Source of the DNA: Scyliorhinus canicula
Taxonomy: Eukaryota
NCBI RefSeq assembly: GCF_902713615.1
Contig: NC_052157.1
Location: 17,222,566 to 17,286,565 of the forward strand
Length of the DNA: 64,000 nt
Direction: 5' to 3'
The position numbers and the translations under genes are program-made. Shown piece by piece: positions 11,449 to 21,412 of the stretch (positions are counted from its first letter, which is position 1; each line of letters opens with the position of its first letter). The notes under the pieces were generated by a model. That model made no database searches. It was not told the origin of the DNA and saw nothing but the letters and a program-made list of their open reading frames with translations.

Positions 11449-12265
11449 GAGGCAGTGGTGTAGTACAGGCATTGCCAAAGTCGGGAGCGTAACCCGCAGA
11501 TGGGTTGTGGGCGAGTGTCGGGAGGGTCGCGGAGCCGTCTGTCGTGGAGCTCCTGATCGCGCAAATCCACGCACAACAGCCGCAGCAGCTGGCTTTTAAT
11601 AATGCCGGCTGCAAGCGGCCTTCAAAATAGCCACGAACATATTTTAAAAATGCGGCCGCATTGCGCATGTACCCATGCGCACTGATGATTGGGCATGCAT
11701 GCACAGTGCGGCCACACTTTTTTAATACAGTTGCAGCCTTTTTATTACAAGTTTGAGGGAGTTTTTAATTTGATGAAATTTCACAGGAATAAAATGCAGA
11801 AACTGAAAGTTCTCATCCTCTAGACATTGGAGGTTCACCACACTTCACCCAAATATTACACGGCAAGATAAAATGGTGGGTCGCGCAGGTGAGGTCCCCG
11901 GAAACAAAGTTTGAAAAACACTGGTGTAGTGGTATTGGCTCTTGACTAGTAATCCAGAGACACAGAGCCATGTTCTGGGGACCCAGATTCTAATCCTGCC
12001 ATGGTGGATGGTGCAATTTGAATTCAATAAAAAAAATAAACCTGGAATTAGGAGTCTAATAATGACCATGAAACCATTGTCGATTGTCGTAAAAACCCAT
12101 CCGGTTTACTTTTATCCTTTCGGGAAGAGAATCTGTCATCCTTACCTGGTCAGGCCTACATGTGACTCCACATCCACAGCAATGTGGTTGACTTTTAAAT
12201 GCCCTCAGGGATGGGCAATAAATGCTGGCCCAGCCGGTGATGGCAACATTCCATGAACCAATGAA
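11449..12265 (+). mobile_element. tRNA-derived SINE with (ATGA)-type LINE tail, split by a hAT MITE (related copy at ~60301-61150)
   Basis: Head GGCAGTGGTGTAGTGG, 3' end GGGCAATAAATGCTGGCCCAGCC...ATGAA; same family recurs at 60.3-61.1 kb. Confidence 0.6.
11466..11923. mobile_element. Non-autonomous hAT (Charlie-like) DNA transposon; copy 2 at 39715-40174
   Basis: CAG...CTG termini, 8-bp TSD GTGTAGTA/GTGTAGTG. Confidence 0.75.
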
Positions 12266-13321
12266 TACAAAGGAAGTTTTGGTGAACTTTTATTAAACCA
12301 TGGTTCAACCCCAACTGGAATATTGTGACCAATTCTGGGTACCACAGAATGACCAAGGTGAGAGAGCAGTGGGAACAAGGGTATCAAAAGTGAAGGTGAG
12401 GATGTGACTGAGCAGATTGGTGAACAGAGGGTCAAAGGCCAAGCAATTAAGGGAAATTTGTTTTCAGGGATGGGTAGAGAAGGAAATGGTATTTGGAGAA
12501 GGAAATTGGATAATGAGTGGAGAGCGATGCAAGGAAGTGATCAGGAATGGCCTCAACTGTGATTGACTCAAGACATGACAAGGTCAAGAGAATGGATGCG
12601 CACATGGTTTAAAGGAGATAGTACGGAAGGAGAGATTAAGGGAGGGAAGGAGGCAGTGACCTCGAAGGAGAGAGGGCATGATGAGTTGAGATAAAAGTTG
12701 AAATCATTGAGGATGTGTCTGCTGCCCTTGTCCATATAAGTGATAGGGGTCGCAGATCTGGAAGATGCTGTCAAAGGACCCTTGGTTTGTTGCTGTAGTG
12801 CACCTTGTAGATTATCCACACTGCTGCCACAGTGCATGAGTGGTGGAGGGAAGCAATATTTAACATGGTAGATAATAATCTTTATTAGTGTCACAAGTAG
12901 GCTTACATTAACACTTGTAAGATGTAGCAAATCCATCATTTGGATGAACTCCATAGGATACACGGACATTATATTAAACCTGATCCAACATGGCTAATTT
13001 CAAGTGGAGAAACGGACATTTTAAAGACAGTATTATTTTAAAGGTTACATTCAAGCAAAATAGCTGCAAACCAGACATCGGAATAGACAACACCACCAGA
13101 CCATCCAAGAAGTGAACAAAAGGGCCATGAGTCATGGCAAAACTAGTTGATAAGATTATGCAGAGGGGTGTCGATAACCTTGACCAACTACAGGAGAGAC
13201 AATGGAAATGGTAACGAGTTTTACCCCAGCTATGTAGAATAATGCCTCCACTAATGGGAAAACGTTTAGTGTTCACAGAAACCACCTTGGGACACTTTGC
13301 AATACATTAGATACCTCCCAA

Positions 13322-14040
13322 AACATCAGATAAAAGCAAATTACTGTGGATGCTGGAATCTGAAACCAAAAGAGAAAATGCTGGAAAATCTCAGCAGGTC
13401 TGGCAGCATCTGTAGAGAGAGAAAAGAGCTAACGTTTCGAGTCCAGATGACCCTTTGTCAAAGCTAAAAGACATGGAAAGTGGAGAATATTTATACTGTA
13501 GGGTGAGGGAATGAAAGATGAGTCTTCCACATAAACCAAGGGAAAAGAGTGCTAATCGCCAGAGAATCCAAGGGAAAAGAGTGCGAATGGCAGACCCCAG
13601 AGAGAATAAAAGGTGTGAAAGGCCAAACGGCAGAGAAACTAAAATCAGAGGGTAAGCTGTGACAGATGTAGGTGTGGGGGGAGGGGGGACATGGGTGGGA
13701 AAGGGGAGAAAAGGTAAGGAAAGGAGGATAAGATGGGGGGGGTGCAAATGTATATAAAGAAAGAAAGAAATGGGATGAAAACAAAGGGGTCGAGGTGGGG
13801 TAGAGCTGATCATCTGAAGTTGTTGAATTCGATGTTGAGACCGGAAGGCCTAACCGGAAGATGAGATGCTCCAGTTTGCATTGAGTTTCACAGGAACATT
13901 GCAGCAGGCCAAGGACGGACATGTGGGCGTGGGAACAGGGTCTTGTCTTAAAATGGCAAGCAACAGGAAGGTCAGGGTCCTAAATGCATACAGACCGAAG
14001 GTGCTTAGCAAAGCGATCACCCAGTCCACCTCCCAAAACA
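13322..14040 (-). mobile_element. Penelope-like element 3' fragment, family B (copy 2 at ~41557-42833)
   Basis: GIY-YIG C-terminal half LGDRFAKHLRSV...PVACHF...LEHLIFRLGTLQPSGLN (ORF 42593-42829) plus pseudo-LTR. Confidence 0.85.
13427..13465 (-). ncRNA. Minimal hammerhead ribozyme variant (U3-A8 core) in Penelope family B
   Basis: Minus strand AGCU-UUGACAA-A-GGGUC aucug GACUC-GAAA-CG-UU-AGCU. Confidence 0.55.
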
Positions 14041-14172
14041 TTTTGGGCTCTTTGTCATTGAAACTGATCAATATCAGTTTCATCCTGTCAGCGCTTTACA
14101 CCCATTGTTCTGTTACTGACCGATGGGAGGAGTCAGCATATTGATTCAGGTGAACTGCCTTTAAAATATCGT

Positions 14173-16510
14173 TGTCACGTACTCTAAAATATCAAACTCT
14201 GGGCAAGGTGAGAGTTGTTTTTCAGCAGTTAATTCCGAGGCAGTCCACTGAAACGTTCTTCGGAAAGCAGTGAATTGAGGTGTTCAACCAGACAATTACT
14301 TCATGGGCAGAGGAAGAAACAAGGAAGATCCAGCAGCAAAACTAAAAGACAGCAACAAGCAAGACAGATCAAGTATTTTCCTCAGCAGCAGAAAAGACTT
14401 TTAAAACAATCCGAAGAGTGGTGAGTTTATTCTCTCAGTCTACAGCAATCCCCAGTTAGGTAGAGGTTGAGGAGAGGTCTAGGATCATTTTGTAAATTGT
14501 GTAATGCTAAGTATTTACACTGTGTTGTTTAGGTTTTCTTTCCATAGCATAGTATTGTGGTGTCTGTGTTTATTGACTGAGTTTGGTTGAGCTTAGTCTT
14601 GAATAAATTATTTTAAAAATTAACTTTGACCAGTCTCTCTCTCACATTGTCCGTCCTGGGGCGTCACTAAAAAGCTGGAGTACAGAACCGTAAAGGGTGG
14701 GTCACTGTCTGTGTGGAGTCTGCACATCCTCCCCGTGTGTGCGTGGGTTTCCTCCGGGTACTCCGGTTTCCTCCCACAGTCCAAAGATGTGCAGGTTGGG
14801 TGGATTGGCCATGAAAAATTGCCCTTAGTGGCCAAAATTCTATTTCGAAAACGCTCACTCAAGGGGCTCAACTGGTCAGGAATCAACAGTGTTCCCTCTC
14901 TCTCTGTCTTGTGAAGCTGCCCCAGTGTGGCACTTCCGGGTTGTATTTCACTACCTACAAGAGAGAGACACACACAGTCGTTAGGCGGCAGCCAGAGTAA
15001 CCCATGTGGAATAAGGTTGAGCTCACTGATCAGGAAAAAACTGTGAGTTGTTTTTGAAAACCCACCATTATTCTTAGAATTCCCCCTATACCAAAAAGGG
15101 CCGACATTCTAAATGGTGAACAGGGATTCTGATCCCTGACTCCGATGCAGACTTCGGTGGGCGCTATTCAGGTCAAACTATATTTTCAAGTTATCCCCCG
15201 GTGTAACCCATACATTCACCGAAGATTTTATCTACTTACCACTTAGTAGCATCGATGTCCTGGGTCCTGCATTGCTAAGTATGTAAAGTAGACTTTAGGA
15301 ATAACCACTGTTTCAGATTAAATTAAGTTATTTTATTATTATATTTTTCTTTTAGAAGCTGCAAACACTTTCTTTACAGAAAGGTAAAAAGATCTTGCTT
15401 CTGTATCCATCTGGTTGGTTGAAGGGACCTTCAGGCCCACCTTGACAATCAATCGTCTTTTTAAAATCTGGTCTTCTTTCGATGTATAGCTGTGTAAGCT
15501 CGGCTGCTTGTCTTGTCTTTCCCACGGCCGAGCTGTGAGAGCTGAATATGCTTCTCTCCTCTCTCTGAGTTCTGCTCTGCTTCTGCTCTCTGGGTTTTTA
15601 TTCTCTTTCTTACAGTTATTCAGTTTTTATGACCTTATTGTCAATTAACTTATTTCATTTTGATTGTAAAAAGTATCTTTGATGTAAACATTCTAATATG
15701 ACTAATTGTTCATTTTGGGCATAACCTCACCTCTCAGATCTGATTACATTGTCCTTTGTGATGTTCAAAGTTCCTGTGTGATATTCAAAATGCTTTGGTT
15801 TCAAGAGGTGTTACTTTTAATACCTGTCATTTCTATAGTTTAATTTTCCAATTGTCCCCAGCTCATAACTTTGTCTTTGATTTTGACTTTAAATTATGTT
15901 TCTCGTAGATGGGTTGTCTCCAATTTTCTTTAATTTACCTGATATTAGCAAAATTTCACACTTAGAATTGTTAGCAAATTCAATTGAACCTCATCCTTTC
16001 CTTTCCAACTGTTTACTAAGAGAGTTAATTTCAATGAAGGTCTGAAACCTTTGCTTTTAGCTGTATGCTAAAATTTCACTTGGTTATGACTTGAAAGACC
16101 TGGCTGTTTTAAACATTCGTCATTTCATTCAATTGAAACTCTCATCCATCCTTTTCCAGATGCTTCCAAAGATAGTTACTTTCAATGAAGTGCGAGCCAT
16201 TGTTTTAGCTTAATACAAGAATCCCATGTGTTTGCTAAGCCTGCTTGTGAGAAAGAATCTGCATTTCATAATCCTGCTCTTTGCAGCTGCTATTAACCCT
16301 TCATGGGATCTTTCCCTGTATCCTCTCAGATTTCTCTCAGACCAGATATTGCCAGACTTCCACGTTTCCAATGACACATTTTTCTGTATTTTCAACAACA
16401 GAGTCTTTCTCCCTCTCTCTTGTGAAGCTGTCCCAGCGTGACACTTCCGGGTTGTGGTTTCAACACTTGGAGGAGAGAGACACCCACAGGTATCGGGGCA
16501 TCCGTGACTA
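14173..16510. mobile_element. Possible older solo LTR with an internal ~150-bp tandem dimer, hosting the inverted ERV LTR
   Basis: Starts TGTCACG, ends CGTGAC(T)A; the unit CTCTCTTGTGAAGCTG..CACTTCCGGGTTGT..GAGAGAGACAC occurs at ~14900 and ~16415, adjacent once the nested LTR is removed. Confidence 0.35.
15049..16400 (-). mobile_element. Solo LTR, foamy-like ERV family B (1352 bp)
   Basis: TG...CA ends with TIR TGTT(T/G)TTGAAAA, exact 4-bp TSD GAGT; both ends homologous (inverted) to LTR family A. Confidence 0.85.
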
Positions 16511-16703
16511 GTCTGTGTGGAGTAAAAGAACCTTTACACGCTGAAATAAAATTACTGTGAAAATCCCCTAGTTGCCACACTACAGCACCTGTTCAGGTAC
16601 ACTGAGGGAGAATTCAGAATGTCCATTCACCTAACAAGCACGTCTTTCGAGATGGCGTGCCAATCAAACGGGACGCTTTGTGCTGGATGGTGTCAAGCTT
16701 CTT

Positions 16704-17745
16704 TTTAAAAAAATATTTTTATTCTCCTTTTTCACATTTTCTCCCAAATTTACACCCAACAATAAACAACAATCAGTAACGAATGCAATGTCAATCCCCA
16801 TATCAATAACACCGATCCCATCATCCCACCAAACCCCAGACATTGGCCCGCATGTTAACATAAACAAGTAACAAAAAGGAATCAGGAATCACCCATAGTT
16901 ACCATTAACACATACAGTCCCCCTCCCCAAACTCTCCCAGCTCCCCCCCCCCCAAATGTTTGATGTAATCCAATTCTTGAAAGTGCAAAATGAATAACAC
17001 CCATGAATTGTGGAACCCCTCCATCCTTCCCCTCAGTTCAAATTTGACCTTCTCAAGAGTCAAGAATTCCAGCAGGTCCCCCCACCACACCAGGGTGGAG
17101 AGGTTGATCTCCATCCTAACAGGATCTGCCTTCGGGCGATCAACGAGGCGAAGGCAACAACATCTGCCTCTGCACCCATTTCCAACCCTGGCTGGTCCGA
17201 CACCCCGAATATGGCCTCCCGAGGGCCCGGGTCCAGTTTCACGTGCACCACTTTAGAGATTACCCTAAAAATGAGGATTCCAGTAATCCTCCAGTTTTGG
17301 ACAGGACCAAAACATATGAACATGAAATGAAAATCGCTTATTGTCACGAGTAGGCTTCAATGAAGTTACTGTGAAAAGCCCCTAGTCGCCACATTCCGGC
17401 GCCTGTCCGGGGAGGCTGGTACGGGAATCGAACCGTGCTGCTGGCCTGCTTGGTCTGCTTTAAAAGCCAGCGATTTAGCCTTGTGAGCTGAACCAGCCCC
17501 TAGGTACCCCCCCCCCCCCCCCTCCCCCCCCCCCCGCCCCGCACCGGCAATGTTCACACACATCTTTCACCCCCTATACAGCCGGCTCATTCTTGCCCTG
17601 GTAAGGTGTGCTCTATATACCACCTTCAGCTGTATCAGACCCAACTTCGCACTTGAGGTGGAGGAGTTCACCCTTCGGAGCACCTCACACCAGAACTCCT
17701 CCTCCATACCCTCTCCCAACTCTTCCTCCCACTTTGCCTTGATGT
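16704..17745 (-). mobile_element. 5'-truncated L1-clade LINE with nested SINE (partly deleted in copy 2, ~45706-46394)
   Basis: ORF2 C-terminus (AFASLIARRQILLGWRS...WWGDLLEFLTLEKVKF), TSD TCAAGCTTCTT. Confidence 0.8.
17326..17500 (-). mobile_element. Short tRNA SINE with Rex1-like tail
   Basis: B box GGTTCGATTCCC joined to GTGGCGACTAGGGGCTTTTCACAGTAAC...GTGACAATAAG tail. Confidence 0.7.
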
Positions 17746-17961
17746 ATCAAGCTTCTTAACTGCTGTTGGAACTGCAGTCATCCAGGCAAGTGGAGGGAAT
17801 TCCATCGCATCGCTGACGTGTGCCTTTTGGGTAGTGGAAAGGCTTTGAGGAGTCTGGAGGTGAGTTAATCTCTGCAGAATTCCTAGCTTTATATGTGCTT
17901 TGAGTGCTAAATTTTTGCCTTGTCACAGCTCATGACTTCTTGTCATCATTGAGAAGATATA

Positions 17962-18186
17962 GGGCAGCACGGTGGTGCAGTGGTTACCACAGTTGCCTCA
18001 TGGCGCCGAGGTCCCAGGTTCGATCCCGCCTCAGGGTCACGGTTCGTGCGGAGTTTGCACATTCTCCCCGTGTTTGCTTGGGTTTCGCCCCCACAACCCA
18101 AAGATGTGCAGGGTAGGTTGATTGGCCACACTAAATTGCCCCTTAATTGGAAAAAAATAATTGTAAACACTAAAGTTTAAAAAAAA
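17962..18186 (+). mobile_element. Short A-tailed V-SINE (copy 2 at ~46530-46755)
   Basis: tRNA head, truncated core, A-rich tail, 15-bp TSD CATTGAGAAGATATA. Confidence 0.85.
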
Positions 18187-18842
18187 CATTGAGAAGATAT
18201 ACTGGCCTGTCTTTTTCAAATCCAAAGTGGTTGACCTCATTTATCCCTCTTAACTACACTGCTACAGTTTATCCCACTTCCTCAATCTATAGTGATAATC
18301 ATGAGGGGCCTGGACAGAGTTGATAGGGAGAAATTGTTCCAATTGATGGGAGGATTGAGAACAAGAGTTAATTGGTAAAAGGTGCAATGACGACATAAGG
18401 AAAATACATTTTATGCAGCTAGTGGTTAGGATCTGGAATGCACTGCCTGAGAGTGGCGAGGCGTTCAATTGAGGTGTTCAAAAGAGAAAGGATTATCTGA
18501 AAAGGAAAAAATTCACAGGGCGAAAGGGAAAACTGGAGGAATGGCATTAGTCTAATTGCTTCTGCAGAGGGCAAGCACAGACACAATGGGCTGAATGGCC
18601 TCCATCTTAGTTTTCTAAGATTCTATCACTGACCCATTACAACTTTCTACACCCATCTGCATCGCTTAACTATTCCTGTAAAACCATTGGCCTTACCTTG
18701 CAATTGTGTAAAAGTAAAGTTAGTTGGGATGGAGTAATGATTTTAAATTTAATACATATATCCATAAACATTCAGAATAATTAGCATTGTCTTGAAATGC
18801 TGAATCACGATATTTTTTCAATTAATATAATATGGAGTAAAC

Positions 18843-20304
18843 TGTGCGTAATAAAAAATTGGAAAAATATGACATTTAAAACGTAGAAAGTAACACTGAG
18901 AATGCCTGAGACTTTTAATGAAAGAGAGAAGTCCCACAAGGGGTTAACAGCAGCAGCCTGTTTGAAAAGCAGACAGCCTCACAGACGGGAAGGAAAACAG
19001 ATAGGAACAATTCATTCTGATTTACAAGTTTAAAAAGTCATTTGATCGACTTAAATTCTTAAGTTATATGAAAGGGAACAGTATTCCACAATTCTTTAAG
19101 CAATCAATTATTTTATTGAACAATTAAGATAAACAGCCAGAATCTAAAGTTTAAAATAGGGAACAACTGTTAGGTGTGAAAACTTGCTGACACCAGTAAT
19201 AAGATGAGACAACTGATTAACAAATAAAGAAAACAGGGCAGCACGGAGGCACCCGGGTTCGAATCCCGGCCCTGGGTCATCGTGTGGAGTTTGCACATTC
19301 TCCCCGTGTCTGCGTGGGTTTCACCCACACAACCCAAAGATGTGCAGGATAGGTAGATTGAACAATCTAAATTGCCCCTTAATTGGAAAAAATAATTTGG
19401 TACTCTAAATTTATAAAAAAAGAAAAAAAAACAAATAAAGAAAACTAGAAGGTGACAAGGTTATACTATAACATACACCATTTTGACGTTAAAACCTTTT
19501 AGAAAATGGCCGAGCCAGATAAGGATAGAGTCGAAAGGGGGTAACCTGAACATGATATTAGCTTAACCCAAAGATGACCCGGGTTGAGATTGAAAGAGTC
19601 ATTAAGAAAAGACATAAATCTGAAAGAGTACTGACAGAGACACAGACAAATTTATTACATGTCAAGCAAAGCGAGCAAATTCAAAGTAAGTAATGGCGAG
19701 CTGGTGGAATGAAGCCGCGCTGTTGCTAAGGCGCCACGCTTCTAACCGATAGAAACTAACCCTCAACTGTTAGTCTCAAACAGCAGAAGGGTGTCATTTG
19801 TAAAAGTCAGGCTGCACAAATTGCTATAAAAACTCTGAAAAGTGAGCAGAGATTCAGAATAATCTTCCTCGGTGATGGGACAAGCAACATCTGAAGACTG
19901 AGCAACCCAGAGAAGGGAACAGAAGACCAAACGTTAAAGAAAACTGATTGTCAAGATAGACTTGAAAGTCTTACAACTGGTCCGAACAAGAAAAGATCTT
20001 TTTTACCTTTCTGTAAAAGTCGTTTTTATCTTTTTAACTTGAAAATAAAGTTAAGTTTAAATTGATAACCTGAAAGAGTGGTTGTTATTATTATTAGAAA
20101 GTTTACTTTACTCTACTTAGCAAGCCGGACCCGTGTGTAAGCTACTGAGTGGTAAGTAAAGAAAATTCTTCTATGAAGATATGGGTTATGCCGGGGATAA
20201 CTTTAAACACTAGTTTGACCCGAATAACACTCCCTCAGTCTGCATAGGAGTCAGGGAGTGAGAATCCCTGTTCACCATTTAGAATATCTTGACCCTTTTT
20301 TGGT
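18843..20304 (+). mobile_element. 5' LTR of foamy-like ERV, family A (U5 end and PBS deleted)
   Basis: TATAAAAA at 19825, AATAAA at 20044; matches the 1291-bp LTR at 47406-48696; directly followed by gag-like coding sequence; left end approximate. Confidence 0.8.
19235..19429 (+). mobile_element. Short A-tailed V-SINE in the LTR, copy 1 only
   Basis: 16-bp TSD AACAAATAAAGAAAAC; empty site at ~47782 in copy 2. Confidence 0.9.
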
Positions 20305-21412
20305 CAATAGTGGTGAGGCAGTTAGGGTAATACTCTTGCCCTGGAATACAGGCAAGAGAGATGGAGCAATGGAACAATTTGGGACAGTTTAGAAAGGATA
20401 ATTGGCCCAGTCAATCTAACTCACATAAAGAAGGAACTTTCATAGATTATTTTAATCCACATGAAAGTGAGGAAGAACAAAGCATAGCTGGGATTGCTGT
20501 GCTCCCTTTAGGGAAACCCCTTCCAGCGTCCCTTTAAGAACGTCGCTCTCCTGAGGTGAGAAAATAGTCCACTCATTTACACTAGGCCCAGAGGAAGGAC
20601 AGGGAGGGAGGGTTCCGTATAAAATAGTAGCAGCAGCAATGAAGACAGCAGGCCCAAAGAAAGATGGGGAGACAAAAATTGAGCATTCACAGAGGGTTCA
20701 ACAATTAACAAGGAAAATGGGGGCGTCCGATGAAGCGACCAAATTGATTGAGCTACATACCGTGGGAGACATAGTTACGGGGGAAGTGTCTGATTTAATA
20801 GACAAATGGATTGGGGGAATGAGAGAGCTAAGTTAATGAAAGAAATGACAGATGCAGCATAGGCAGGGGAACACCTCACGTCATATATTGATCAGATATA
20901 TGAGGTTACTAAAGCAGTGGGGGCTGAAGTGGTCAGATTCCTGAGGGAACTGGGACCCAAAATTCCAAGGGGAAATAGTTTCTCTACAATACTGCTAACA
21001 TCTTCCAAAAGAGAGATTGGGAAGGAGCTGGTCAAATTTGATTTAGCTGGAAAGGCAATCAGGGAGAAGCAAGCTAAAGGAGAACGCAGACAAACAGCAT
21101 TCAAGCCCGACCCCCTGATGGACAAATGTCTGATAGAGAGGGACAAAACTTAGCTCAATCATCAATGCGACAACCCAGATACAATCTACGGTCACAAGGA
21201 CCACCCCCGCCACAAAACCCAAATTACTTACCAAGGGAGCAGTTTATGGCCCTCAGTCGGGAAGAAAGAGACAGGCTCATTGAGGATAGGAGAAGAGGAG
21301 CGGCTGATCCAGGGAGAATTGACCAAAGAAGATACCAACCATTGCACGATATTTGAGACCCTCCAGAGGGGGATTCCAAGGTAGAGGCAGAGGAGGTCCC
21401 AGTGCAAATTGA
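20305..21412 (+). pseudogene. gag: Foamy-like ERV gag remnant
   Basis: Purine-rich broken frames between LTR and protease; PRYNLRSQ (RYNLR at 21177-21191) and RGGFQGRGRGG box before TGA at 21410; no CCHC knuckle seen. Confidence 0.7.
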
